Origin: a virus | IMG/VR virus record: IMGVR_UViG_3300008050_000097 | Length of the DNA stretch: 43,501 nucleotides | Strand: one strand, 5' to 3' | Shown: piece after piece, positions 24,227 through 33,393 of the stretch | How the letters are laid out: each line of letters begins with the position of its first letter | Position numbering within the stretch: position 1 is the first letter of the stretch | The notes under the pieces: generated by a model | Told to the model about the DNA's origin: nothing | Databases searched by the model: none | The model's input: the letters and a program-made list of their open reading frames with translations, nothing else | Made by a program: the position numbers and the translations under genes

Positions 24227-24819
24227 TGAATAACGTAACAGCGGTCACGGCAGAAGAGACAGCACGCACACAGACAAGCGTGGCCTTGGCACGTGCATAC
24301 CGACTTGCTTCTATCGGTGTTGAAGGTGTTGTCGAAGCATGCGTTGGTCCATCGTATGAGCTTCTTGCTGATGCATACGCGGCCTTCTTTATTGACTGTG
24401 ATGGTCTTGACATCGATCCCAAGTGGGAGCGAACGGGTGTACGAATTGCCGATGCCCTAACAATTGATTACAGTACTGTTTATCCAGAGTGGCATGTGGT
24501 TTTTGCGCCGCCACTGTCAGCAGGATGCACAGGCAGACGTGAAGACTCTCTTTCAGTTGATTGGGTGGTTCCGCGCTATGTGGATCACTTGAACCACATG
24601 ATGGAGTTGGGGCAACCCTTCAGTACAACACTTGTGCTTCCTGGCCGGACATTCTCTGTCAAGGGTGACCGAGCTCAATTCCATAAGCTTATGGCAGACA
24701 TCTGGAGCTTTAGTCATGACTGGGACCATGTCGGTGTGACACGCATGATGGACCAACGTAATCGTGTAGTAAAGTATGTTGAAATTGATCTGTTTCATAG
24801 ACTAGGACATGAAGAGTAA
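24226..24819 (+). CDS. hypothetical protein
   Basis: 197 aa; TAATG overlap; last gene of + block. Confidence 0.5.
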   Translation: MNNVTAVTAEETARTQTSVALARAYRLASIGVEGVVEACVGPSYELLADAYAAFFIDCDGLDIDPKWERTGVRIADALTIDYSTVYPEWHVVFAPPLSAGCTGRREDSLSVDWVVPRYVDHLNHMMELGQPFSTTLVLPGRTFSVKGDRAQFHKLMADIWSFSHDWDHVGVTRMMDQRNRVVKYVEIDLFHRLGHEE

Positions 24820-24824
24820 GCTCA

Positions 24825-24850
24825 GCGCCAAACAGGGCGCCGGGTCTTTC
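24825..24850. terminator. weak hairpin at gene-convergence point
   Basis: GCGCC-AAACAG-GGCGC then CGGGTCTTTC. Confidence 0.25.
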
Positions 24851-24957
24851 AGCGCGATGAAGCAGACTGCAAACTGAGTTGATTAATTTAGCTGAATGCT
24901 CAACGCAGAGAATGTGCGGAGCTGGCGCAGTGTGCGCTGACGACAGTGCAGAGCTAT

Positions 24958-25608
24958 TTAAGCTTCCAGGGCAACGATGTAGTCTTCGCCGTACAGTTTT
25001 ATTGCAGCGTCGCGACGCCAAGCTGGGTTGGGTTGCTCAGCAATCTTTTTTCCTGCTGGGACTGTGTTCATGACACGCTGGGCTTTTGCAATATGCTTCT
25101 GCAACAGGCCTCCACCAGTCCAGTTAGTTTGAATCAGGTGGGACCGCAATCTTCCCATATCTTTTTCATCGTCCAAGATAATGAGGCGCTGGTCGACAAG
25201 TCCGGCCAGCGAAATGTTTTGCAAAAGCCATTGCTCAATTTCAAGACCACGAATATTGTCGTAGTATGCTGCTGTGTTTGCAAGAGAGAATGTTGGCGTT
25301 CTGCCAATGACATCAGCAGCCAACCCTTTTTCACCAAGCATCTCACGCAACTCGTCCAACTCATGGTGCAATCGCCAAGAAGAGCTGATGACAATATCAG
25401 CGCCTGTTAGCTCAGCGATTCTTTGCACATGATCAACCCTAGCTGGGTCAACCATGTGTGCCCAGGTGTCAATAGAGAAATCTGTCGTTAGCCGAGGATC
25501 GTCATTGCTTAACAGCGCCTGTACGTCAGGGTGTAACTTCGCAGCCTGTGTGTTCCACTTAAGCGTGTTAAGTACGCCGTCGACATCAAGAAAGATGAGC
25601 GGGTTCAT
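24958..25608 (-). CDS. HAD-superfamily phosphatase (polynucleotide 3'-phosphatase-like)
   Basis: N-terminal FLDVDGVLN (DxDGx) motif as in T4 Pnk phosphatase domain. Confidence 0.6.
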   Translation of the reverse strand: MNPLIFLDVDGVLNTLKWNTQAAKLHPDVQALLSNDDPRLTTDFSIDTWAHMVDPARVDHVQRIAELTGADIVISSSWRLHHELDELREMLGEKGLAADVIGRTPTFSLANTAAYYDNIRGLEIEQWLLQNISLAGLVDQRLIILDDEKDMGRLRSHLIQTNWTGGGLLQKHIAKAQRVMNTVPAGKKIAEQPNPAWRRDAAIKLYGEDYIVALEA

Positions 25609-25916
25609 TTTCTCTTAAGGTCATCCCAGTTGATGTGCCGCGGCATGTGACTGAGAATCTCATTAAAGAGATTGTCATCATCACCGGCTGCATCATAAAT
25701 GCGGTCGCCTGCCAAGTCGTGCATCAATCCTTCATCATTGTAGAAGGCATCAGCGAGCGATCCATCACCCCGGCGGGCCAACCGCTGTCGAAGGGGAGGC
25801 AGATCTTCGATACCGTACAAACCAGGCATTGTCTCATAGCCGTGACCCATCTCGCCAACGGCGGTCTGAAGATAATTGGCAACTTCACTGGCGATTTCTT
25901 TTGCTCTATTAATCAT
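25605..25916 (-). CDS. hypothetical protein
   Basis: 103 aa; 4-nt overlap with downstream gene. Confidence 0.45.
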   Translation of the reverse strand: MINRAKEIASEVANYLQTAVGEMGHGYETMPGLYGIEDLPPLRQRLARRGDGSLADAFYNDEGLMHDLAGDRIYDAAGDDDNLFNEILSHMPRHINWDDLKRK

Positions 25917-25919
25917 GCT

Positions 25920-26174
25920 TTATCCAAAGTCTAAAATCCACTCTTCAACCTGCGCAGAAACGCTTGCCAGTGATGAGGCAATACCGTCTGTGCACCAACT
26001 CTCATCTCGCTTAACATCAAAAAGGTAATCATCACCATCGTTGATTGGGACAGATACTGTTACAAGGTACGCAAGGTGTGCTGAGCAACGAAACGTAGCT
26101 TCAAGGAGTTCGCATACTCCATCACCAGTTTCATCAAACCCAGCGGCCTGCCATGGTGTGTGGGTGATATGCAT
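25920..26174 (-). CDS. hypothetical protein
   Basis: Start MHITHTPW coupled (TGATG) to upstream peptide. Confidence 0.4.
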   Translation of the reverse strand: MHITHTPWQAAGFDETGDGVCELLEATFRCSAHLAYLVTVSVPINDGDDYLFDVKRDESWCTDGIASSLASVSAQVEEWILDFG

Positions 26175-26281
26175 CACCGACTTCCGATCAAAATCCCAAG
26201 ACAGAAAGTAATTAGCAGCCAGATAACAACAACATTTTGCTCTGCTGCATTCATCCCTGCCCAAACAATCTGCATATCCAT
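26174..26281 (-). CDS. small membrane peptide (35 aa)
   Basis: RBS GAAGGAG 5 nt upstream; hydrophobic VVVIWLLITFCLGILIG. Confidence 0.3.
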   Translation of the reverse strand: MDMQIVWAGMNAAEQNVVVIWLLITFCLGILIGSR

Positions 26282-26283
26282 GA

Positions 26284-27465
26284 CTACTCCTTCACATCGT
26301 CAGTTACAGGCAATTCCCACGCTCGGGGTGCCTTACCGTTATTGAGCTTTCGAACAACCCACTTCTTGTAGTCAGGATCAGAGTCACTGTAGTATTCCTG
26401 AATTGCGAACTGCCAGTGATTCGGAATGTCACGCTGCGCGTCCAGGACAAACTCACGTCTTTCGAAGCCAGTCCCACCAGTAAACTCTTCAGAGTCGGCC
26501 AGATAATTTTCTACCCAATCCTGCGTGACTGATGTTGCAGTTGCTAGCAATTCATCATACGGCTTGAACGCTTCGGCCAACTGGTTCTTGTGCGGTTCAA
26601 GCAGCATATCAAGAAGTTCATCAGTCACTCCGGCGTACCATGCGTCAGCAACAGACCGTGGGGTCATACCATGAACAACTCGATGCATTGCAATATACTG
26701 CGCACCCTTAATCTTTACGCGAATGTTACGCAGCAGCTTATGGTCGTATGCGCTAACGACCCACCCCTCGTCAGTATACGGCAATAGCAGCGCTTGTTCT
26801 ACAGCCTCTGGAATACTGGGGTTGCTGACATTTGTTGCAATACTATAGCGCTTCTGTGAAAGCGTGAATGCATCTTCGCCGTACAATTCAGCCCCGAAGC
26901 GGTCGATCTTGGCTGCATTATATTCACACCCATTTCGCATGCGAATATTGAGAAGCGACAGTCGTTCATTCTCATGAGGGACAACACTTGAATTGCCGAA
27001 GCGCAGCTGCGGATAGGTGTATTCAAAGCTGAACGTTCCACCACCGAAGCTTACTGGGAAGTGCGCGGCGAGGGCGCTATCAATCCTGTTCTGCTTGATT
27101 AGCTCCCAAGCTCCGTCAATGTATTCGTTGTCGAGACTGCCGCGAGTTGATACATTTAGTACACCATCAAGGTCACACCACAAATTAATCAGCGTGCCGT
27201 CAAGCTTCTTGAGCAGAACTTCTGGTGTGTAGAGCCCGTCAACAAAGTCAGCACCAGGCTCGTGACTATTGAAGAACTTGCGCATCGGGCGGCAAACAAT
27301 CTTGCCACGATGGAACACAACCCCTCGCGCTTCAAGCGTGATTTCATTCCACAGTCGACTATTTGCAGTTTCACTGGTGTAGTTGAATAGCTCGTATTCA
27401 TTCTTTGCAGTGCGCCGGATGCTGCCCTGCTCAGCTGCAGCACGAAAGTCTTCGATGTTGAGCAT
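26284..27465 (-). CDS. RNA ligase (Rnl family nucleotidyltransferase)
   Basis: Motif I KKLDGTL (KxDG) and surrounding ligase/capping-enzyme NTase motifs; ATG with RBS GGAGAG. Confidence 0.7.
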   Translation of the reverse strand: MLNIEDFRAAAEQGSIRRTAKNEYELFNYTSETANSRLWNEITLEARGVVFHRGKIVCRPMRKFFNSHEPGADFVDGLYTPEVLLKKLDGTLINLWCDLDGVLNVSTRGSLDNEYIDGAWELIKQNRIDSALAAHFPVSFGGGTFSFEYTYPQLRFGNSSVVPHENERLSLLNIRMRNGCEYNAAKIDRFGAELYGEDAFTLSQKRYSIATNVSNPSIPEAVEQALLLPYTDEGWVVSAYDHKLLRNIRVKIKGAQYIAMHRVVHGMTPRSVADAWYAGVTDELLDMLLEPHKNQLAEAFKPYDELLATATSVTQDWVENYLADSEEFTGGTGFERREFVLDAQRDIPNHWQFAIQEYYSDSDPDYKKWVVRKLNNGKAPRAWELPVTDDVKE

Positions 27466-27466
27466 C

Positions 27467-28033
27467 TTACTCTCCAATGCACCAGAATGACCGATCACTT
27501 ACGCTAATTTCAATCCATCCCCTGTTGTCACGCGGGTGTGGTTCAACTGTGACAACATCAATGATTGCGCCAAAGCCTTCGTTAACAGTGGGCTTACGCA
27601 GTTGCTTGTCCATGCGTCGGATGACGTCTCCACTGATTGCCTTTCGGCCCCGAGCTGCTTGCCGGGCCAATGAAACCTGCACGTTGCACTGCACATAGAT
27701 TGCAGCTGTTTTGAGCCCAGCGCCGATCGCAACATTGAGCATAGCACTTCGGCGCATTGGCGCGACGTTGGTTGCATCAAAGATGATGGCCGATCTCGGC
27801 GAGGTCGCGTTGCTCGCGTCATACCAGCTGGAGAAGGTGCTCTTCCCGCTCCCGGGCAAACCAACCATAACAATGAATGTGGTGTTCATGGGGTCGCAAG
27901 CAACAAGTGCTGCGCCGAGCTTCTGGTAACTGCGTTGCCAGGCCTCACTAGCTCGCTCAGGTGTCCAGTCGTAAACTCCGCCGGCCAGCTCTTCAATTTC
28001 AGTGTCTGGGCAAATAATCATTCTCGAATCCAT
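27467..28033 (-). CDS. polynucleotide kinase (P-loop 5'-kinase)
   Basis: Walker A VMVGLPGSGKST; small kinase size like the T4 Pnk kinase domain; adjacent to RNA ligase. Confidence 0.65.
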   Translation of the reverse strand: MDSRMIICPDTEIEELAGGVYDWTPERASEAWQRSYQKLGAALVACDPMNTTFIVMVGLPGSGKSTFSSWYDASNATSPRSAIIFDATNVAPMRRSAMLNVAIGAGLKTAAIYVQCNVQVSLARQAARGRKAISGDVIRRMDKQLRKPTVNEGFGAIIDVVTVEPHPRDNRGWIEISVSDRSFWCIGE

Positions 28034-28461
28034 CCCTCATTGCGCGCTCTGAATTCAACAGTGTCAGGCGGCCCATACTTAGCTACAAGCCTGTTAAAGT
28101 CTCTTTGGAAATCTGGATGACGTGCACTAATGAACGACCCAGACTCCCACTCACAGAAAATTCTATTGCAATCATCTGCATTAATGACTGGTGCCAGAGG
28201 ATTTACAGCAAACCACTTGTGACCTTCCGCGCCTGCGTAATCAACGCACCACATCGGCTCCGCACTGTCACCCCAATATGGTGGCCAAGATGATGTATTC
28301 TGCTCGTTGTTATTGTTCCACGCGCATTCAAGAAGCTCCGGCTCCCGGCTCGCTGGCCGGCTAGTCATAACCCAAATTCGTCCAGCCTCAGGGCCAGGAA
28401 GTGGGTCAGTTCGAAGCGAAGGATTAGCCAGTAGCTTCTCCCACTCAATCTTGGTCATCAC
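28018..28461 (-). CDS. hypothetical protein
   Basis: 147 aa, Trp-rich, overlaps Pnk start by 16 nt. Confidence 0.45.
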   Translation of the reverse strand: MMTKIEWEKLLANPSLRTDPLPGPEAGRIWVMTSRPASREPELLECAWNNNNEQNTSSWPPYWGDSAEPMWCVDYAGAEGHKWFAVNPLAPVINADDCNRIFCEWESGSFISARHPDFQRDFNRLVAKYGPPDTVEFRARNEGWIRE

Positions 28462-28592
28462 TTCTTACCTTTCGTCGGCAGTGATTTCGCTGTGCCTCTT
28501 TGCGCTTATTCTTGAAACGAATAGCACGCCCACGCCAGGCGTAAATTCCACCCTCACGAATGGTTACTTCACGCCTGGCGCCGGCGGCGATC

Positions 28593-28958
28593 TTACGCGC
28601 CTGCTTCTTCTTGTCCTTGGCCATCGCGGTTCTTCGCTGCGCTCATGCGACCGAAGAACGCACCGATATCGATGTCGTCATGGTCTGCATGAATGATGAT
28701 GTCCTGTTCGTTCGTGCCATCATCGTTGGTGACATTCACGATCTGAAACGTTTGATGCTGCATGAGCGCAGCTCGCCGCTCCAGCACTTCCATGGCCACA
28801 AACCACGGGCCGCCAGCCTCAGCAAGCTGCACAGCCTCCTCAAGCTCACGATCAAGGTTGGCAACAAAGCGCTTGGACGGATTGGGAGTGAAATCTTCAC
28901 GCCGCGTCTTTGCACGCTTCTGCAACCTCTTCTGCTCTGCCCATTCTGCTGGAGTCAT
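28593..28958 (-). CDS. hypothetical protein
   Basis: 121 aa; RBS GAGAG. Confidence 0.45.
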   Translation of the reverse strand: MTPAEWAEQKRLQKRAKTRREDFTPNPSKRFVANLDRELEEAVQLAEAGGPWFVAMEVLERRAALMQHQTFQIVNVTNDDGTNEQDIIIHADHDDIDIGAFFGRMSAAKNRDGQGQEEAGA

Positions 28959-29131
28959 TTGTATCTCTCAAAGTTGATTGTTTTGAAGGGATGAACGAAT
29001 TTCACGTTCCTGTCCAACGTTCCCGGGTAAGAGGTTCGCTCTTACCACATTCCTTCGCTGGTCTTCTCCAGTACCCTGCGTCTTCCCTGGAGCCCCATAA
29101 CTACCATGCAGTAGTTATTTACGCAGGTTTA

Positions 29132-29557
29132 TTAAGCCTGCAGGCTGGCGTACTGCTCATCATCGAGGGCAGCCTTCGCCTCATCATCGGTAACCACGCC
29201 AGCAGCAATTGCACCCGCGAGGACGTTCGACGAGAACATCTTGCGAATCATGTCAGATCGTGCTTCCGAGCTGGCCGCGGCAGCAACCTCCGCCTTCGAC
29301 TGACGGGAGTTGGTAGCCGTGATGAAGCCGATTGCGCCTTCGGGAAGGAAGTCCCCGAGCGACGAGACAGCAGCCTCGATGTCACCGCCAGCAGCGAGAC
29401 CAAAGCCTTCGCTAACAGCGGTGAAGTACTCAACATCTCCGCCACGCAGCATGTTCTGCAGGTGACTGGTGTTGGTAGCCGAGCGGCCACTCCAACGCGA
29501 CTTGCGCGTGGGGGTGATACTCGGAGCGGACGTGTTCTCACTCTTATCGCCAGACAT
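29132..29557 (-). CDS. hypothetical Ala-rich protein
   Basis: Start MSGDK with RBS AAAGGAAC. Confidence 0.45.
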   Translation of the reverse strand: MSGDKSENTSAPSITPTRKSRWSGRSATNTSHLQNMLRGGDVEYFTAVSEGFGLAAGGDIEAAVSSLGDFLPEGAIGFITATNSRQSKAEVAAAASSEARSDMIRKMFSSNVLAGAIAAGVVTDDEAKAALDDEQYASLQA

Positions 29558-29629
29558 TTGAAGTTCCTTTCGTGTCAGGCCTAGTTTGGATTTCACGGCA
29601 ACAAATTCACCGTAACCCCTGTTCTTTTA

Positions 29630-29660
29630 TATTATAATTCGTTGTATGTTATGCGGAAAT
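29630..29660 (-). promoter_or_regulatory. conserved promoter-like motif (- strand) ATTTCCGCAT-N14-TATAAT
   Basis: Upstream of 29557 start; overlaps 3' end of previous gene. Confidence 0.4.
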
Positions 29661-29867
29661 AATCGCCTTCATTGGCTCAGGACAACCACCGCGAATAAGA
29701 AGCAGCGCTGGGTCCTTCAGTTCGATAGCAAGGATCTTTTCAGCTCGAAGCGTAATTCCCAAATTTGAAAACATCACACCGATGACGACGTCACCACTGT
29801 CTTCAAATCCTTGAACAACAAAACGGGAGCCATCGCTGAGTACCCAAACGTCTCCAATGTTAATCAT
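29649..29867 (-). CDS. hypothetical protein
   Basis: 72-aa ORF. Confidence 0.4.
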   Translation of the reverse strand: MINIGDVWVLSDGSRFVVQGFEDSGDVVIGVMFSNLGITLRAEKILAIELKDPALLLIRGGCPEPMKAIISA

Positions 29868-30586
29868 ACGAACGGACCTTCTTCAATCTCATGAATCTTT
29901 ACTGTTGTTGCTCCGTTGAAGATCTGAACAACAAACGTGTCGACATCTTCCAGACCGCCTAGCTCAGCATACGTAGTTTTTCCACCATGCTCGTGCACAT
30001 GGCCGTGGAAATAGTACTGCACCCAATCAGACTGCCGATAATGGAGCAAGTGTGGCATGGCTCGAATACCATAACCATTATCAAGATACCCAGACAATGG
30101 CGCATGATTGGCAATCAATGTTGGGTGCTGCGCCAGCAATTCTTCACACAATTCAGCGAGTTCTGGCGCTCGTGTTTCATGAGCCCACTCGCCTGCAATC
30201 CAATTGATATTGGGAAAGCCGGTGATTCGATGGCCTAGCAATTCATGCACAATTCCGCGCTTGATGGGATACACATTTTCATACCCCTGCTCAAGCATAA
30301 AGTCGCCCAGGCAGAAGAAATCATGGTTGCCATCAACAACAACAATAGGAACATCACCAAAGGCTTCCATGGCCATACCAAGCCTATGGGTCGCATGCTT
30401 TGGCTTATCTTTTTCAAGAAGCCAGGCTTTCTGCTTATCACCCTCTTTGCCACCCGCAGGTCCCCGGTGCCAATTTGGAAGCATGTCTCCAGTTAGCAGA
30501 ACAAGATCAAAATCTTGTCCAGGAGTTGCCCACAGCTTATTCCAATAGTATCCATGCAAATCGCTTGCATGTAGAACTTTAATCAT
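29864..30586 (-). CDS. calcineurin-like metallophosphoesterase
   Basis: DLHG, GDM, GNHD, GHVHE motifs; start MIKVLHASDLHG chosen to avoid overlap with upstream gene. Confidence 0.65.
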   Translation of the reverse strand: MIKVLHASDLHGYYWNKLWATPGQDFDLVLLTGDMLPNWHRGPAGGKEGDKQKAWLLEKDKPKHATHRLGMAMEAFGDVPIVVVDGNHDFFCLGDFMLEQGYENVYPIKRGIVHELLGHRITGFPNINWIAGEWAHETRAPELAELCEELLAQHPTLIANHAPLSGYLDNGYGIRAMPHLLHYRQSDWVQYYFHGHVHEHGGKTTYAELGGLEDVDTFVVQIFNGATTVKIHEIEEGPFV

Positions 30587-30590
30587 GCGC

Positions 30591-31463
30591 TTAATTCGGC
30601 AGCAGCCGACCTTTCGCTGGCAGTCCAAATGAATCAATTTGTGGCAGAACAGTGAAGATAGTCTGGTTCCCAATTCCCTTGACAGCAGCTTCAAGTGCTG
30701 CTGTCACATTGCTTTCCTGCGGCGCCCATTTTTCTATTGACGTCACTGACGGTGGGGCCGCCGCAGTCACCCGCCCTGCAGCCTTCCGCTCAATAAACAT
30801 AATGATCCCGTCTACCTTCTGCTTTTCGCTTGCCTGCGTTGAACCAAGTACAGTCTCACTCAGGTACTTGTAATCAGCAAAGGAAATCATTTGAGCATGA
30901 ACTGCGTTAATCAGTAGCTTCTTCACCATCGGTATTTCGTCAGGCTCAACCTGAATGTCACTCACAAAAAGCAGGTACCCAGCGTCACCTGCTGGGTTAA
31001 CGCCGCGCTTTGGAGCAGGAATCACAGGGGGTACCCAAGTGCCCTTCGCTGTGTAACCTCCCCCGACTGTTGTGCTTTGAATAACAGCTGCTTGTGCAGC
31101 CTCTACAGCCACGTCCCAATCAAGTCCAGCCTCGGCCAGCTGGCGCTTAACCTCGTTTGTAAAGCCATCACATCCTCGTGCCTTTACAAATTTAACAAGC
31201 ACACCAGCTGGTGTGCCATTGTCAATTTGCGCCACGATCCATTCAAGATCAGCCTTTGCTGCAGTGTCTAGCGACACACCATTACGAAAAGCAACACGAA
31301 GACTGTTGATGAAGTCGCTTAGAAAAACAACATCGTCTGTAGATGGCACGCTCCAAGCAGTGGTATCAATGAGAATATTTGAACTTGCTGCTTCAAGACT
31401 CACACCAGTCAGGAAGTCCTCATAGTTCCCGTTGAAAGTGAAATTTTCAAAAGGGCTTGTCAT
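30591..31463 (-). CDS. hypothetical protein
   Basis: 290 aa; RBS GGAGGAG. Confidence 0.5.
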   Translation of the reverse strand: MTSPFENFTFNGNYEDFLTGVSLEAASSNILIDTTAWSVPSTDDVVFLSDFINSLRVAFRNGVSLDTAAKADLEWIVAQIDNGTPAGVLVKFVKARGCDGFTNEVKRQLAEAGLDWDVAVEAAQAAVIQSTTVGGGYTAKGTWVPPVIPAPKRGVNPAGDAGYLLFVSDIQVEPDEIPMVKKLLINAVHAQMISFADYKYLSETVLGSTQASEKQKVDGIIMFIERKAAGRVTAAAPPSVTSIEKWAPQESNVTAALEAAVKGIGNQTIFTVLPQIDSFGLPAKGRLLPN

Positions 31464-31713
31464 TATCATTCTCCTCCAGCACAACATCTTCTACAAGAAT
31501 ATCCCATAGGTTACCATTGCTCTGCGCAATGACCCACGTTCTTTCTTTCTTCTTTCGAAATCCAACAACAACACCAATTCTTAGAGGCTGACGCTTTGGG
31601 TCACCCCCAGCCTCACACAATCGCGTGGATCGTGGCATCACCACTATGTCATTTAGCGAAATTCTATCGCCTGATGGACTGAGAATTGCATATGCAACAC
31701 GAATGTCTGTCAT
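31447..31713 (-). CDS. hypothetical protein
   Basis: 88 aa; RBS GGAGC. Confidence 0.45.
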   Translation of the reverse strand: MTDIRVAYAILSPSGDRISLNDIVVMPRSTRLCEAGGDPKRQPLRIGVVVGFRKKKERTWVIAQSNGNLWDILVEDVVLEENDNDKPF

Positions 31714-32168
31714 AGTAGCTCCGACAAATCATCCGGGATTCCTGCCAAGTCAACGACATCATCACTGGCCGCCCGCGGCAATGGCAAGATTACCTCACTT
31801 TCACCAATGCACGTCAAACCAATGTAGTCGTTGATTTCTGGCACAGCAGCAATCAGCAAAGCGGCCCATGATCCCTTGAACAAGCGTGTCATCATGATTG
31901 TGCGAGCCAGCTCATTGAGACTTTGCATTAGAGTTGCAGCAGTTCTCGCCTCATCAAGTGTGTTGTCATTCACATAAGGCAGAAGATCTGCCACCATCAA
32001 TTCACCTTCACGCAAAACTCCATAGAGAATACTGAGAACGTGCGTGACATCAACTTCATCTTGCTCAAGTAGTTCGCCAATCTTAAGCGTATACTCACGG
32101 GAGTATTTTGCGAAGTTAGTTACCAACTCCACAGCCAGCCTCTTTCGCTCAGCAGTCCAGTCAACCAT
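31710..32168 (-). CDS. hypothetical protein
   Basis: 152 aa; RBS CAGGAGG. Confidence 0.5.
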   Translation of the reverse strand: MVDWTAERKRLAVELVTNFAKYSREYTLKIGELLEQDEVDVTHVLSILYGVLREGELMVADLLPYVNDNTLDEARTAATLMQSLNELARTIMMTRLFKGSWAALLIAAVPEINDYIGLTCIGESEVILPLPRAASDDVVDLAGIPDDLSELL

Positions 32169-32371
32169 TACGCCTCCTGATTGTCAAGCCTGCGAATAAG
32201 AAAGGGTCCTGCAATCTGCCGAGCAGAATCACTATTACGAACATAGTCTGCTGCTTCACTGCGATTGGAGAAAACGATTCCAGTCCTACGCGGCCATTGC
32301 TTGGCAACAGAGCCAGGCGCATTCTTGGGCGGGTAAGCGGGCATGGTCACAAGATACTTAGGACTATTCAT
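32168..32371 (-). CDS. hypothetical protein
   Basis: 67 aa; purine-rich RBS. Confidence 0.4.
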   Translation of the reverse strand: MNSPKYLVTMPAYPPKNAPGSVAKQWPRRTGIVFSNRSEAADYVRNSDSARQIAGPFLIRRLDNQEA

Positions 32372-32612
32372 TTCTTTCTTTCTTACTCAAGATGAGCATG
32401 CCAGGAGCATGCGGGAAATTTGGGTGTGCCGCCAAAGGCGACAGGGCTGCTGCAAATTCAGGTAATTCGCGCTGCCAATCTGCTGAACCGCTTGCCATAC
32501 ACATGCGCCAATGAAGCTGGCGCGCCAAGAGCATTCTTGCTTCGCTCTGCTCTTGAACCTGCAGTCCAAAAAGCTGATCTAATTCAAGCTTGTATTCTGT
32601 AAATTGGGGCAT
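32364..32612 (-). CDS. hypothetical protein
   Basis: Start MPQFTEYK 1 nt after deaminase stop. Confidence 0.35.
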   Translation of the reverse strand: MPQFTEYKLELDQLFGLQVQEQSEARMLLARQLHWRMCMASGSADWQRELPEFAAALSPLAAHPNFPHAPGMLILSKKERNE

Positions 32613-32613
32613 C

Positions 32614-32940
32614 TTAAAGCTTGACGACAATTCCTTCGCCATTACTGTACCATGTTGAGAGACTATACTTCTTAATGAGCTTCATGCAGTTAACACAAGG
32701 CTTACTGTTTGTCAGGCTATTGTCAGCACGAATACGAACAACAACAAGCTCAGCGTCATAAGCACGAGACCCTGCCTTGATTACAACATGCTTTTCTGCG
32801 TGGGTAAGTCCATGGTTGTAACCACGAAGAACATGTCCATCCTTAAGAAGTAAAACTGCACCATGGTGAGAATGTACATGCGGCGACTTCCTTGCCTCCG
32901 AAATGGCAGTTGCAACAATTTGATTGCTTAGTCGTCCCAC
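32614..32940 (-). CDS. cytidine/deoxycytidylate deaminase-family zinc-binding protein (GTG start)
   Basis: HAEKHVV (HAE) and PCVNCMKLI (PCxxC) with ~30-aa spacing. Confidence 0.55.
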   Translation of the reverse strand: MGRLSNQIVATAISEARKSPHVHSHHGAVLLLKDGHVLRGYNHGLTHAEKHVVIKAGSRAYDAELVVVRIRADNSLTNSKPCVNCMKLIKKYSLSTWYSNGEGIVVKL

Positions 32941-33173
32941 CCGTTTATTTCTCCGTAGTCAGTCTTTTCATCTAGTGTGTCGTACAGTGGATGTTCATCA
33001 ACCCCTACGATCCAATCACTTTCATATTCGAATGTGTTGCTGGGTGGAGTGCGCGCTCGCTTCCATGATGCCTCCGCAGCACTTGCCCCCTCAGGATTTG
33101 CCCTTCGACACCACAGACACCAAGGGTGCTCATTGTGCCGCAGCGAACGGCACCTGCCCTGTAGGCACCGCAT
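32928..33173 (-). CDS. Cys-rich small protein
   Basis: MRCLQGRCRSLRHNEHPWCLWC; TGATG-coupled to upstream gene. Confidence 0.35.
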   Translation of the reverse strand: MRCLQGRCRSLRHNEHPWCLWCRRANPEGASAAEASWKRARTPPSNTFEYESDWIVGVDEHPLYDTLDEKTDYGEINGWDD

Positions 33174-33343
33174 CACCTGCCGCCCACAGAGAAGAATCCT
33201 CCCCACATGAGGAGCGCCAAAATGATAACAGTACTAAAGACTGTAACACCAAAACTGATTTGCTCATATTCACCATCCTTAATGGCGCTACGGTACAAGC
33301 CGAGACACGTGAGAACGATGTAGATAATTGCTGCAGGATGCAT
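33173..33343 (-). CDS. small membrane protein (56 aa)
   Basis: RBS GAGGAG; two hydrophobic segments. Confidence 0.35.
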   Translation of the reverse strand: MHPAAIIYIVLTCLGLYRSAIKDGEYEQISFGVTVFSTVIILALLMWGGFFSVGGR

Positions 33344-33360
33344 TGCTAACTCCTCATTTC

Positions 33361-33393
33361 CTATTTCTATTTTACCACATGTTATCGAGCGCG
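33361..33393 (-). promoter_or_regulatory. conserved promoter-like motif (- strand) GGTTTCCGCGC-N11-TGGTAAAATAG
   Basis: Upstream of 33343 start. Confidence 0.45.
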
